A stretch of 64,000 nt of DNA, taken from an uncultured Acidimicrobiia bacterium (GTDB lineage Bacteria > Actinomycetota > Acidimicrobiia > Spongiisociales > UBA5794). The position numbers were made by a program, and so were the translations under genes. How positions within the stretch are numbered: position 1 is the stretch's first letter; every line of letters starts with the position of its first letter. The notes beneath the pieces were generated by a model that was not told the DNA's origin, did no database searches, and was given only the letters and a program-made list of their open reading frames with translations. Shown here in pieces: positions 9,426 through 19,673 of the stretch. Where the stretch lies: assembly GCA_963834375.1 (NCBI GenBank), contig CAWIBM010000002.1, positions 972,919 through 1,036,918 on the forward strand, read 5' to 3'.

Positions 9426-10237
9426 GCAACCATCCGCTCCCGGCCGGGCCAGGAGGCTCCGAGCCGATGGCCCGATCACGGCTGGACGACACCGTCGAGC
9501 TCCCCGCGGCCCTCGTGCCGTCTCCACCCGACCCGGGCATGCCGGTCGAGGAGCCGCCGAGCGAGGCGCGCCCCCGCCGGCTCTGGATCGAGTTCCCCAT
9601 CCTCGTCATCTCGGCGCTGCTCATCGCCGTCTTCATCAAGACGTTCCTCTTCCAGGCGTTCTGGATCCCGTCGAGCTCCATGGAGAACACCCTCGAGGTG
9701 TACGACCGGGTGCTCGTCAACAAGCTGTCCTATCGCTTCGGCGACATCAACCGCGGCGACGTGGTGGTGTTCGACGATCCCAACGGCGTCCCGACCGAGG
9801 AATCGGTGGTCGCCTCCGTCTTCCGCAACCTGCGGGAGTCGGTGGGGCTCTCCACCCCCAAGTCGGAGTTCATCAAGCGGGTGGTCGGCATCGGCGGCGA
9901 CACCGTCGAGATACGCGACGGGGAGCTGCTCGTCAACGGCGAGCCGGTGGACGAGCCCTATCTACACCCGCGGACCGATATGCCCGACTTCGGCCCGGAA
10001 TCGGTGCCCGAGGGCTCCATCTTCGTGATGGGGGACAACCGCAACGCCAGTCAGGACAGCCGGGTGTTCGGCTCGGTCAGCGAGGACGCCGTGGTCGGTG
10101 AGGCGTTCGTGATCATCTGGCCGATCGACCGCTGGGGCGGGCTTGTGAGCCACGATTGCGGTGACGCCGCAGCCACGGTGAGACCGAATCTGTCACACCG
10201 AGCTGGTACAACCTCCACAGCGGTGCCCATGGCGTAA
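9422..10237 (+). CDS. lepB: Signal peptidase I
   Basis: 'IPSSSMENTLEVYDRVLVNK', 'IKRVVGIGGDTVE', 'FVMGDNRNASQDSRVFG'. An alternative start lies at 9467. Confidence 0.9.
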   Translation: MSNHPLPAGPGGSEPMARSRLDDTVELPAALVPSPPDPGMPVEEPPSEARPRRLWIEFPILVISALLIAVFIKTFLFQAFWIPSSSMENTLEVYDRVLVNKLSYRFGDINRGDVVVFDDPNGVPTEESVVASVFRNLRESVGLSTPKSEFIKRVVGIGGDTVEIRDGELLVNGEPVDEPYLHPRTDMPDFGPESVPEGSIFVMGDNRNASQDSRVFGSVSEDAVVGEAFVIIWPIDRWGGLVSHDCGDAAATVRPNLSHRAGTTSTAVPMA

Positions 10238-10266
10238 CATCACGCCGGCCGTTCCAAGGAGCCACC

Positions 10267-10563
10267 GTGGGCGAGGAAGACCTCGAGCGATACGAGACCG
10301 ACGTCGAGCTGCGCCTCTACAAGGAGTACCGCGACGTCCTCCCGATGTTCCGGTACGTCATCGAGACGGAGCGTCGCTTCTACCTCGCCAACGGTGTCGA
10401 CGTGCAGACGTGCCAGGAAGACGGCGCCGTGTGGTTCGAGTTGGAGCTCGAAGACGCATGGGTGTGGGACATGTACCGGCCGGCCCGGTTCGTCAAGAGG
10501 GTCAAGGTGATGACCTTCCGCGACGTCAACATCGAAGAGCTGGAGCCTTCCTCCCAGATCTGA
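10267..10563 (+). CDS. DUF2469 family protein (Rv2901c-like)
   Basis: 98 aa: 'EDLERYETDVELRLYKEYRDVLPMFRYVIETERRFYLANGVDVQ...'. Conserved actinobacterial neighbour of lepB. Confidence 0.8.
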   Translation: MGEEDLERYETDVELRLYKEYRDVLPMFRYVIETERRFYLANGVDVQTCQEDGAVWFELELEDAWVWDMYRPARFVKRVKVMTFRDVNIEELEPSSQI

Positions 10564-10589
10564 GCGGCCTCGGTCGGGACCGGGCACCA

Positions 10590-10918
10590 GCCTCGGGGCG
10601 CTGGGCGAAGAGGTCGCTGCCCGTTTCCTCGCCAGCCGCGGCGGGGTCGTGGTCGCCCGCAACGTCGAGGTCGGCGGTGGCGAGATCGATCTCGTGGTGC
10701 GCTGGGCCGACGGCCATGCCGCCGTCGAGGTCCGCACCGTCGGCCCGGACGCGGCGGCCGACGGACCCGCTGGACCGGATCACCGAGCAGAAGATGGCCA
10801 GGGTGGCGCGGCTGGCCCGGCTGCTCGCCCCACGCTATGGGCCGATGCGGGTCGACTTCGTTGGGGTGGGCATCGGTGTCGAACGGGTGACGGTTCGCTG
10901 GCTGGGCGACCTCGGCTG
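10590..10918 (+). CDS. YraN/UPF0102 family endonuclease-like protein, one apparent frameshift
   Basis: 'VVARNVEVGGGEIDLVVRWADGHAAVEVRTVG' continues in another frame as 'LDRITEQKMARVARLARLLAPRYGPMRVDFVGVGIGVERVTVRWLGDLG'. Confidence 0.65.
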
Positions 10919-10927
10919 ACCTCGGCG

Positions 10928-11188
10928 TCAGCGACGCACCGGCTCGATCGACTCCGGCCCGGCCCCGGAACGCCCGACCCGACGTTGCTCCTTCCACCAG
11001 CAGCCACGGTGCCAGTGCCTCCGGAGATCGGGTGCCAACTCCGGCACCACGACGACGTGACCGACGCCCTGCTCGATCCAGTGGGAGCAGCCGGGGCAGA
11101 GATACGGTTTGCGGGCCTGATAGGGCTGGACCGACGAGACGACGTCCTCGCCGAACGGCGTGGCGCCGCCTTCGTGCCCGGGTGCCAT
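10928..11188 (-). CDS. Hypothetical Cys-containing small protein (possible zinc ribbon)
   Basis: Intact 86 aa: '...YLCPGCSHWIEQG...HWHRGCWWK...'. I recognise no family. Confidence 0.35.
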   Translation of the reverse strand: MAPGHEGGATPFGEDVVSSVQPYQARKPYLCPGCSHWIEQGVGHVVVVPELAPDLRRHWHRGCWWKEQRRVGRSGAGPESIEPVRR

Positions 11189-11191
11189 GGG

Positions 11192-11302
11192 TCAACCGAA
11201 GAAGCCCCACGCCACAAGGGCCAGCGTGAGGACGACGAAACCTGCCACCAGGACGACGTCGATGGTCGAGACGCGTTGCTTGCGGAAGGGGTTGAGGCCC
11301 AT
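11192..11302 (-). CDS. Small membrane protein (36 aa)
   Basis: 'MGLNPFRKQRVSTIDVVLVAGFVVLTLALVAWGFFG'. Its start codon directly abuts repeat element A. Confidence 0.45.
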   Translation of the reverse strand: MGLNPFRKQRVSTIDVVLVAGFVVLTLALVAWGFFG

Positions 11303-11396
11303 GGGCACAGAGGCTACGCCGTCAGGCGGAGACTCGGCGATGGGGGCTGGGGGTCCCCCATCGCACCCGTGATGAGGCGTCAGCCGAAGAGCCATG
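11303..11396 (-). ncRNA. ~90-nt conserved structured 5'-leader element, copy A (inverted copy at 45339-45427)
   Basis: 'catggctcttcggctgacgcctcatc...gcgatgggggacccccagcccccatcgccgagtctccgcctgacggcgtagcctctgt' read on the minus strand, ending at the ATG of the small membrane protein. It contains a 10-bp stem gcgatggggg/cccccatcgc. ncRNA is the closest schema type; regulatory RNA versus DNA operator is unresolved. Confidence 0.55.
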
Positions 11397-11444
11397 TCTC
11401 GAGGTAGGTCTGGTGCGTCGGGTCGCTCGGTAGGCTCCCGGCCC

Positions 11445-12225
11445 ATGGCGCTGCTCACGGTCTCCGACGACGGCCCGGTTCGCACCCTGACGTTGGCCAA
11501 TCCCGGCCGGAAGAACGCCATCCCATCGGACGGCTGGGACGAGTTGACGGCGGCGTTCCGGGAGTTCGCCGACTCGGGACAGCGGGTGCTGGTGGTCACC
11601 GGCGCCGACGGTGACTTCTGCTCCGGTGCCGACCTGGCGAACGCCGGCTTCGGTCCCGGCGCCGGGGTGTCCGCCAACGTGGGTTGGATGCGGCGGCCCG
11701 GCGCCGCCGCCACCGCGCTCCACCGCCTGGCGGCGCCGACCATCGCCGCCGTCGACGGCATCGCCGCCGGCGCCGGCATGAATCTCGCCCTCGGGTGCGA
11801 CATCGTGATCGCCACCGAGCGTGCCCGGTTCACCGAGATCTTCGTCAGACGCGGGCTCACCCTCGACTTCGGGGGCACCTGGCTGCTCCCCCACATCGTG
11901 GGCCGGGCCCGAGCCCTCGATCTGGCGCTCACCGGCCGGATCGTCGAGCGCGGCGGAGGCTCTCGAGATGGGTCTCGTCGCCCGCGTGGTACCCGTCGAC
12001 GACCTGGCGGCAACAGTGGCGGAGGTCGCCGAGGCGCTGGCCGCCGGAGCGCCGCTGGCGCAGCGCTTCATCAAGACCGGGATCGACCGCGCCGCCGCCA
12101 TGACGTTCGAGCAGGGAATCGCCTTCGAGACCGAGGCCCAGGGTGTGCTGCTGTCGTCGGCCGACGCCGCCGAGGCGCTCGACGCCTTCCTCACGAAGCG
12201 GGCCGCCCAATTCGAGGGTCGCTGA
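11445..12225 (+). CDS. Enoyl-CoA hydratase/isomerase (crotonase family), one apparent frameshift
   Basis: 'VVTGADGDFCSGADL', 'IAAVDGIAAGAGMNLALGCDIVIATERARF', then 'AEALEMGLVARVVPVDDL...' in a second frame. An alternative ATG lies at 11394. Confidence 0.75.
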
Positions 12226-12273
12226 ACGTCGTCGACGGGCTGACGCAGATCGAGCAGCATGCCGCCCCCGGGC

Positions 12274-12732
12274 TCAAGCGACGCAGAACTCGTTGCCCTC
12301 GGGGTCCTGCATCACGATCCACCACCCTGTCGGCTCGTCGAACCGGTCGATCTCGGTGGCTCCGGCGGTGGCCAGGTCGGCGGCGAGCGCCTCGATCCTG
12401 CGGTGCCACTCATCCGCCTCCAGCTCGTGGCCGCCGGGGATGTGTACGTCGAGATGGACCCGGTTCTTGGCCGTCTTGCCCTCCGGGACCTTCTGGAACA
12501 GGATGCGAGGACCCTCCCCGTCAGGGTCGACGAGCGGCGTCCATCGCATCCCACTGGTCGCGCGGGATCCCCCGGTCGACGGCGAACGCCTCCCAGGAGT
12601 CGTAGCCGTTCGGCGGCGGCTGCCGCACGTAGCCGAGGGCCACATCCCAGAAGTCGGCGAGCCGGGCCGGGTCGTTGGCGTCGAAGACGATCTGGATGGG
12701 GTGCTGCATGGGCTGGACCATACCGTCCGACG
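12274..12732 (-). CDS. Glyoxalase/VOC family protein, one apparent frameshift
   Basis: 'MQHPIQIVFDANDPARLADFWDVALGYV' joins '...RVHLDVHIPGG...WWIVMQDPEGNEFCVA' across two frames. Confidence 0.6.
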   Translation of the reverse strand, partial: RRTVWSSPCSTPSRSSSTPTTRPGSPTSGMWPSATCGSRRRTATTPGRRSPSTGGSRATSGMRWTPLVDPDGEGPRILFQKVPEGKTAKNRVHLDVHIPGGHELEADEWHRRIEALAADLATAGATEIDRFDEPTGWWIVMQDPEGNEFCVA

Positions 12733-12820
12733 AGCTGTCCTCCGCGTGGGGTTCATCCAGGCCCGGCCGGGCCAAGTTGGCCGAGAAGCCCGGCCCAGCA
12801 GCCCCCGCGGTCCGGCGTGG

Positions 12821-13872
12821 TCAGCCGCCGAACCCGTCGACGTAACGGGCGATCTCGTCCAGGTAGCCGTCCCGCCGCTCGTCGTCGATCCAGGAGATGG
12901 CAAAGGAGTTCTCGGCGAGCGTCACCACCTCGGCGGGGGTGAGCGACGCCTCCTCGGCCAGGGCGAGGTAGTTGTCCACCACGTAGCCGCCGAAGTACGC
13001 CGGATCATCCGAGTTCACGGTCACCAGCACTCCGGATCGCAGCAGATGGGCGATCTCGGTCGCCTTCATGTCGTTGCCGGCGGTGACCAGGCGGTTGGAG
13101 AGCGGACAGCAGGTGAGGCCGATGCCCTGGGCCCGCAGCTCGTCCACGAGGCCGGGATCCTCGACGACGTTGCTGCCGTGGTCGATGCGCTCGGCGCCGA
13201 TGTCGTGGAGAACGGTGCGGATGTTGTCGATGCTGCCCACCTGGTCGACGTCGCAGTGCATCGTCAGCCGGTAGCCGAGCTCCCGGGCACGGGCGAACAC
13301 TCCGGCGAACTTCTCGGGCGGGTTGTCCCGCTCGTCGGAGTCGAGGCCCACTCCGATGATCCGGTCCCGGAAGGGCATCGCCGCTTCGAGGGTCTCGGCG
13401 GCACTCTCGACGGTGTGATCGCGCAGGAAGCACATGATCAGGTCGGCGTCGATGCCGAGCTCTTCGGCCTCCTCTACGGCACGCAGGTACCCAGCGGTCA
13501 CGTCTTCGAAGGGCACGCCGCGCGAGATGTGTGCCTGTGGGTCGAAGAACAACTCGGCCCGGCGGACGCCGTCGGCGGCGGCGCGCACGCAGATAGGCGC
13601 GGGCCAGGTCGTAGAAGTCCTGCGGCTGCCTCAGCACTTCCATCGCCGGGTAGTAGGCGGCGAGGAAGCCGGTCAGCGAGTCGAATCGCCGGGTCGCCTC
13701 CGCCGCCGCCGTCGTGTCCTGACGGATGTCGATTCCGTTGCGTCGGGCGAGCGTCAGCCGGTGCTCCGGCTCGAGCGTCCCTTCCAGGTGCAGGTGGAGC
13801 TCGGCCTTGGGGAGGCCGGTGACGAACTCCCGGGTCGTCGTCGCCGGCAGCGGCACGGTCCTCCCCATCGGG
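12821..13872 (-). CDS. add: Adenosine deaminase, one apparent frameshift
   Basis: N-terminus 'LPKAELHLHLEGTLEPEHRLTLARRNGIDI' (frame of ORF 13005..14078) plus the intact C-terminal 255 aa 'GVGLDSDE...TMHCDVDQ...TVNSDDPAYFGGYVVDNY'. Confidence 0.8.
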
Positions 13873-13952
13873 TGGCGGTTCGCTCCACACGCTAGCCAGG
13901 GGCCCCCACCAGACCCCTGGTTCGTGTCATACCGATCCCATACGGTGGCGCC

Positions 13953-15416
13953 ATGTTCGCTTCGGTCACTTCCGTTGCCCTGGTCGGCGTCGAGCCACAG
14001 CCGGTGAGAGTCGAGGTCCATGTCGCCGGGCCACGGGAGCGCTTCACCATCGTCGGCTTGCCCGACACCGCGGTGCACGAGGCGCGTCAGCGGGTGTGGG
14101 CGGCGCTGTCGTCGAGCGGCTTCCGGCTCAAGGCGCGTTCGATCACGGTGAACCTCTCACCCGCCGACCTACCCAAGGGTGGATCCGCATACGACCTGCC
14201 CATCGCTCTCGGGCTCCTCGCCGCCAACGGGATGGTTCGCGCCGCCGACGTCGACGTGGTGGCGTTGGGCGAGCTGGCACTGGACGGCCACATCCGACCG
14301 GTGGTCGGCGGCCTCGGGGCGGCGCTGGTGGCGGCCCGCACCGGCAAACGGTGCCTGCTCGCCGACGGAACCGGTGACGCCTGGGCATCGGGCGCCGAAG
14401 TGACGACGGTGGCCGACCTCGCCGAGGCGGTGGCGGTGCTCCAAGGGGTGGAGGTCGGGCGGCGCCCGAGTCGGCCATCGCCGCCCCCGCATCGAGGCCC
14501 GGACCTCGCCGCGCTGCGCGGCCAGGTCGAGGCCAGGCGGGCACTCGAGGTCGCCGCCGCCGGCGGACACCATCTCTTGCTCACCGGGCCTCCGGGGGCA
14601 GGCAAGACGATGCTGGCCCGGTGCCTTCCCGGCATCCTTCCGCCCCTCGACGACGGCGAGGCGCTCGACGTGGCGCTCGCCTGGGGAGCCGCAGGGCTCG
14701 ACCGGGGTGCCGACCCGACGCCGCCCTTCCGCGCACCCCACCACACGGCGACCGTCGCCGGAGTCCTCGGTGGCGGCAGCGGGGTCCCGGTGCCCGGCGA
14801 GGTCACGCTGGCCCACCTCGGTGTGCTCTTCATGGACGAGTTGGGTGAGTTCCCGGTGCATCTGCTCGACGCCATGCGCCAGCCGCTCGAGGAGGGCCGG
14901 ATCGTGGTGGCCCGCAAGGGCAGTGCGGTCCGCTTCCCGTGCCGGTTCCAACTGGTCGCGGCCACCAACCCGTGCTCCTGTGGCTACCACGGCGACACGC
15001 TCAGGGGCTGCGACTGCAGCGAGCCCGCCCGGGACCGCTACCGGCGCCGCTTCTCGGGCCCGCTGCTCGATCGCATCGACCTGCGGTTGAACCTGCGGCG
15101 GCTGGACACCGACGACCTGGCCGGCCCACCGGGTGAGCCGAGCGTCGAAGTGCTGCGCCGCGTGGTGGCGGCACGCAAGCGCCAGACGGCACGGGGAGCG
15201 CTCAACCGCGACCTAGACCGGGAGACGCTCGACTCCATGCAGTGGGAGCCCGCGGCGGTGGCCCGACTGAAGCGAGCCGTCGCCGAGCTCAACCTGTCGG
15301 CCCGGGGATGGGAGCGGGCGCGCCGGGTGGCGGTGACGGTGGCCGACCTCGCCGAGTCCGAGGTCGTCACCTCGAGCCATGCCGGCGAGGCGCTGCGATT
15401 CCGGGGTGCCGAGTGA
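13953..15416 (+). CDS. comM: Mg-chelatase-family ATPase ComM/YifB
   Basis: Intact 487 aa: 'LLLTGPPGAGKTMLA', 'GVLFMDELGEF', 'FQLVAATNPCSCGY'. Confidence 0.9.
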   Translation: MFASVTSVALVGVEPQPVRVEVHVAGPRERFTIVGLPDTAVHEARQRVWAALSSSGFRLKARSITVNLSPADLPKGGSAYDLPIALGLLAANGMVRAADVDVVALGELALDGHIRPVVGGLGAALVAARTGKRCLLADGTGDAWASGAEVTTVADLAEAVAVLQGVEVGRRPSRPSPPPHRGPDLAALRGQVEARRALEVAAAGGHHLLLTGPPGAGKTMLARCLPGILPPLDDGEALDVALAWGAAGLDRGADPTPPFRAPHHTATVAGVLGGGSGVPVPGEVTLAHLGVLFMDELGEFPVHLLDAMRQPLEEGRIVVARKGSAVRFPCRFQLVAATNPCSCGYHGDTLRGCDCSEPARDRYRRRFSGPLLDRIDLRLNLRRLDTDDLAGPPGEPSVEVLRRVVAARKRQTARGALNRDLDRETLDSMQWEPAAVARLKRAVAELNLSARGWERARRVAVTVADLAESEVVTSSHAGEALRFRGAE

Positions 15417-16333
15417 GTGCCGGGGACGACCTCGCCCACGACGACCGTCTCCGCCTCGCCTTCGCCGGCTTGAACCCGGAGAAGCTGAGCCGGTTGCTGG
15501 CCGAGCACGGCCCCCGGCGGACCCTGCGCCGGCTGCTGTCGCACCCCGAGGGCGCAGCCGCCGGCGTGCGGGCTGCCGCCGGCGTCGACGCTGCCACCCG
15601 TCGTCACCAGCTGGAATCGAGCGGCATCGAGGTGCGCTTCCGGGGTGATCTCGGGTACCCAGACTCCCTGACCGGCATTCCCGACCCGCCCGATGTCCTA
15701 TTCGTCCGTGGCCGGCTCCCAACGGGCCAGGCGGTGGCGGTGGTGGGGACCCGCCGGTGCACCGCCTACGGGCGCCAGCTCGCCACCGAGTACGGACAGG
15801 CGATCGCCGGCGCCGGCTGGGTGCTGGTGTCCGGGCTCGCCCGCGGCATCGACGGGGCCGCTCACGCCGGCACGGTGGCCGCCGGGGGAGCCGGTATCGC
15901 CGTGCTCGGGTGCGGCCCCGACATCCACTACCCGCCGGAGCATCGGACGCTGGGCGACCGGCTGGTAGAGGCCGGGGGAGCCGTGGTGACCGAGTACCCG
16001 CCCGGTGCCGCCCCGGAGCCGTGGCGATTCCCGTTGCGCAACCGGATCATCAGCGGGCTGTCGTCTGCGGTGGTGGTGGTCGAGGCCGGCGTCACCGGAG
16101 GCGCCCTCATCACCGCCGGATACGCCCTGGCCCACGGCGTCCCGGTGTTCGCCGTGCCCGGTGACGTGCGCCGGGAGTCGTCGAAGGGCTGCAACCTGCT
16201 GATCCGAGACGGCGCCCACCCGGTTCTCGACCCCGACGACCTCATCGAGGAGCTGAGCCTCGTGCTCGGTCCGCCGGCCAAGGTCGCCTCCCAGGCACCG
16301 GACGGGCCCGAGGTGAACGTCGCCGCCGGCTGA
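15413..16333 (+). CDS. dprA: DNA processing protein DprA
   Basis: 'AVVGTRRCTAYGRQLATEYGQAIAGAGWVLVSGLARGIDGAAHAG...AVLGCGPDIHYPPEH'. Confidence 0.88.
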   Translation: MSAGDDLAHDDRLRLAFAGLNPEKLSRLLAEHGPRRTLRRLLSHPEGAAAGVRAAAGVDAATRRHQLESSGIEVRFRGDLGYPDSLTGIPDPPDVLFVRGRLPTGQAVAVVGTRRCTAYGRQLATEYGQAIAGAGWVLVSGLARGIDGAAHAGTVAAGGAGIAVLGCGPDIHYPPEHRTLGDRLVEAGGAVVTEYPPGAAPEPWRFPLRNRIISGLSSAVVVVEAGVTGGALITAGYALAHGVPVFAVPGDVRRESSKGCNLLIRDGAHPVLDPDDLIEELSLVLGPPAKVASQAPDGPEVNVAAG

Positions 16334-16416
16334 CCCGGACCGGTCATCCTCGAGCACGAGACGGTCGGGTCGCCAGGGTCGTTGACGGTGCCTGCCGGGG
16401 CGGGGAGCATGAGGCC

Positions 16417-17391
16417 ATGCCCGACACCGCGCCCGCAGCTCTCGACGAGCCTGACAGACATCGGTCAGCCGCCGACGGTGCATCTTCTGCCACCACGGAG
16501 TCTCTGGCCGGGGAGGTGTCCGACTATCTCGATCGGTTGAGGTCGCGGCGTCGGCTCAGCGAGCACACCGTCGCCGCCTACCGGGGGGACCTCGCCCAGT
16601 TCACCCGGTTCTGCGCCGGGCGGGGGGTGACCGGGTTGGACGACATCGACCGGCGCACTGTCAGAGGCTTCGTGGCCCGGCTCTCGGAAGACGGGTACGC
16701 CCCGCGCTCGGTGGCGCGGAAGGCGTCTGCGGTGCGCGCCTTCCTCGCCGAGGCGGTGAGGAGCGGTCGGCTCGATGCCAGCCCGGCAGCGGGTCTGGCC
16801 CGTCCCAAGCGACCGGCAACCCTGCCCAAGGCGCTTCCGGCGAGCGCCGTTGCCGGAGCCCTCGATCGGCTCGGCGACCGCGTCGGGCCCGGTGGCGGCG
16901 GGGACGACCCGGTGGCGCTGCGCGACCGCGCCATCCTCGAAGTGCTGTACGGGACCGGGCTGCGTGTGTCGGAGCTGGCCGGGCTGACCGTCGATGACGT
17001 TCCGAGAGGCGACTTCCTCATGGTGACCGGAAAGGGTGGCAAGCCTCGCCAGGTGCCGTTCACCGGAGCTGCGCGGCGTGCCTTGGGCGACTACCTGGAC
17101 CGCGGCCGGCTCCGTCTCGCCGGACCCGACGCCGGGAAGGCATTGTGGGTGGGCGTCAAAGGGGGCCGGCTCGACCCGCGTGGCATCCGCCGGGTGGTAC
17201 AGGCGAGGCTGGGGACCTTCCCGCACGCCCTTCGTCACTCGTTCGCCACCCACCTCCTCGAGAACGGCGCCGACCTGCGCACCGTCCAGGAGCTGCTCGG
17301 CCACCGGGAGCTGGCGACGACCCAGATCTACACTGCGGTGTCCCGTCGCCACCTCAGGGCCACCTATGACCGAAGCCACCCCAGGGCGTGA
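16417..17391 (+). CDS. xerC: Tyrosine recombinase XerC (chromosome dimer resolution)
   Basis: 'RDRAILEVLYGTGLRVSEL', 'LRHSFATHLLENGADLRTVQELLGHRELATTQIYT'. It sits in the conserved core position. Confidence 0.88.
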   Translation: MPDTAPAALDEPDRHRSAADGASSATTESLAGEVSDYLDRLRSRRRLSEHTVAAYRGDLAQFTRFCAGRGVTGLDDIDRRTVRGFVARLSEDGYAPRSVARKASAVRAFLAEAVRSGRLDASPAAGLARPKRPATLPKALPASAVAGALDRLGDRVGPGGGGDDPVALRDRAILEVLYGTGLRVSELAGLTVDDVPRGDFLMVTGKGGKPRQVPFTGAARRALGDYLDRGRLRLAGPDAGKALWVGVKGGRLDPRGIRRVVQARLGTFPHALRHSFATHLLENGADLRTVQELLGHRELATTQIYTAVSRRHLRATYDRSHPRA

Positions 17392-18145
17392 GGCGGGTGC
17401 CCGCGCCATCGACGACTTGTGGCGGCGGCTGCGAGGCGGTGGGGACGAGAGGGCTCGTCACGGGCTGATCCTGCACTACGCCCCACTGGTCAAGTACGTC
17501 GCCGGGCGACTCGGCTCAGGGCTGCGCCGGGCGGTCGACGGAGAGGATCTCATCTCCTACGGCACGCTCGGCTTGATCGATGCGGTGGACCGGTTCGAGC
17601 CGGAGCGGGGGTTGAGGTTCGAGACCTACGCGGCGGCTCGGATTCGTGGGGCGATCATCGACGAGCTGCGCCGGCTCGACTGGGTGCCCCGGCGGGTCAG
17701 GGCCAGGGGCCGCCAGCTCCAGGAGGGTCTAGCCGAGCTGGAGCACCGGCTGCAACGTACCTGTACCGAAGAGGAGCTCGCCGACCACCTCGGCGTCGGC
17801 GTCGGCGAGGTGCGCGGCACCTTGGCGGACATGGCGGAAGGCGGTCTGGTGGCGCTCGACGAGCTCACCGCCGGCGGGGCCCCCATCGGCGAGCTGCTGG
17901 CTGACCCCGCCGCCGTCGATCCGGAGGCCGCCGCCGAGCGCACCGAGCTCCGCCGGGTGCTCATCGACACGGTCCGCTCGCTGCCGGATCGGGAGCGGAC
18001 CATCGTCGCCCTCTACTACTACGAGTCGATGACGCTGCAGCAGGTCGCCGGTGTGCTCGGGGTCACCGAGTCCCGCGTCTCGCAGATTCACGCCAAGGTG
18101 GTGATCAGCCTGCGGAACCGGCTCCTCGCCGCCACCAGGGCCTGA
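17366..18145 (+). CDS. RNA polymerase sigma factor, FliA/WhiG (sigma-28) family
   Basis: '[16 protein letters not shown]', '[41 protein letters not shown]', '[28 protein letters not shown]'. Confidence 0.8.
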   Translation: MTEATPGREAGARAIDDLWRRLRGGGDERARHGLILHYAPLVKYVAGRLGSGLRRAVDGEDLISYGTLGLIDAVDRFEPERGLRFETYAAARIRGAIIDELRRLDWVPRRVRARGRQLQEGLAELEHRLQRTCTEEELADHLGVGVGEVRGTLADMAEGGLVALDELTAGGAPIGELLADPAAVDPEAAAERTELRRVLIDTVRSLPDRERTIVALYYYESMTLQQVAGVLGVTESRVSQIHAKVVISLRNRLLAATRA

Positions 18146-18309
18146 GCCGCCGAGCCAGGGGACTGCAGGCCGAATCGGGCTGGTCCCCCCGGCGGGCTAC
18201 AATCGCAATCAACTACACACGTCCACCGCAATCCCCACGGGTCGGAGCCACGGCTCCGCTGGGGGCTCGAAGGGTGGGCGGAGGAACCAACCCCTATTGG
18301 AGGACCACA

Positions 18310-19059
18310 GTGTCTGTCGTCAGCATGCGGCAGCTGCTGGAGGCCGGAGTCCACTTCGGCCACCAGACGCGCCGTTGGGATCCGAAGATGCGTCCGTTCA
18401 TCTTCACGGAGCGCAACGGGATCCACATCATCGACCTCCGCCAGACCCTGCAGAAGGTCGAGGAGGCCGCAGCCCTGGTCCGTGACGTGACCGCCACCGG
18501 CGGGGTGGTGCTCTTCGTGGGCACCAAGAAGCAGGCGCAGGCACCGATTCGTGAGGCGGCCACCTCGGCCGGCATGCCCTATGTCCACCACCGCTGGCTG
18601 GGCGGCATGCTCACCAACTTCACCACCATCCACAAGCGCATCCTCTACATGCTCGAGTTGGAGCGCATGGAGGCATCCGGCGAGATGGACGTGCTCCCCA
18701 AGAAGGAGCGCCTGCGTCTCCGCCGTGAGCTCGAGAAGCTGCAGACGGTGCTCGGCGGCGTCCGCGACCTGCACCGGCCGCCCGACGCCGTTTTCATCAT
18801 CGACGTCAAGACCGAGCACATCGCGGTGACCGAGGCTCACCGACTGAAGATCCCGGTCATCGCGGTGGTCGACACCAACTGCGACCCGGATGACGTCGAC
18901 TTGGTGATCCCGGGCAACGATGACGCCATCCGCGCCTCCGAACTGCTGGCGGGGATCATCGCCGAGGCCGCCAAGGCAGGCACCGGCCTCTCCCAGGCGG
19001 GGCGCAAGGAGATCGACGCCGACGCCGTCGGAGTCGGCACCGTGGGCGAGGGCGGATGA
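18310..19059 (+). CDS. rpsB: 30S ribosomal protein S2
   Basis: '[38 protein letters not shown]...'. Confidence 0.93.
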   Translation: MSVVSMRQLLEAGVHFGHQTRRWDPKMRPFIFTERNGIHIIDLRQTLQKVEEAAALVRDVTATGGVVLFVGTKKQAQAPIREAATSAGMPYVHHRWLGGMLTNFTTIHKRILYMLELERMEASGEMDVLPKKERLRLRRELEKLQTVLGGVRDLHRPPDAVFIIDVKTEHIAVTEAHRLKIPVIAVVDTNCDPDDVDLVIPGNDDAIRASELLAGIIAEAAKAGTGLSQAGRKEIDADAVGVGTVGEGG

Positions 19060-19673
19060 CGATCTCCGCCAAGGACGTGCAATCGCTCCGCCAAGCGACC
19101 GGCGCAGGGATGATGGACGCCAAGCGAGCCCTCGAGGACGCCGCCGGCGACGTAGCCAAGGCCACCGAGCTGCTGCGCGAGCGAGGGCTGGCGGCCGCCG
19201 CCAAGCGGACCGACCGGGCCCAGACCGACGGTGCCATCGGCAGCTACCTGCATTCACAGGCGGGACGCCCCGTGGTCGGGGTCCTCGTCGAGCTGGCCGC
19301 CGAGACCGACTTCGTGGCCAAGAGCGCCGAGTTCCGGAAGGCGGCCAACGACATCGCCATGCACATCGCCGCCGCCAGTCCCACCTGGGTACGGCGTGAG
19401 GACGTGCCCGGAGACGTCGTGGCCAAGGAGAAGGAGCTGATCGCCGCTCAGGCCCGGAACGAGGGCAAGCCAGACCAAGTCGTCGACAAGATCGTCGACG
19501 GGCGGGTGGGCTCGTTCTACCGTGACAATGTGCTCTACGACCAGGCGTTCGTCCGCACCGACGACTTCGACGGGACGGTCGGCGACATGGTGCGCCAGCT
19601 CGGTGTCCAGATGGGCGAGAACATCTCGGTGGCACGGTTCTCCCGCCTCCAGGTCGGCCAGGGCGACGGGTGA
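19056..19673 (+). CDS. tsf: Elongation factor Ts (short form)
   Basis: '[37 protein letters not shown]'. Confidence 0.9.
   Translation: MTISAKDVQSLRQATGAGMMDAKRALEDAAGDVAKATELLRERGLAAAAKRTDRAQTDGAIGSYLHSQAGRPVVGVLVELAAETDFVAKSAEFRKAANDIAMHIAAASPTWVRREDVPGDVVAKEKELIAAQARNEGKPDQVVDKIVDGRVGSFYRDNVLYDQAFVRTDDFDGTVGDMVRQLGVQMGENISVARFSRLQVGQGDG

Noticed and set aside
16417-17391. Tyrosine recombinase as a sign of a prophage or integrative element
   Set aside because: It sits in the conserved dprA-xerC-rpsB core position and has XerC hallmarks. No attachment-site repeats or phage genes flank it.
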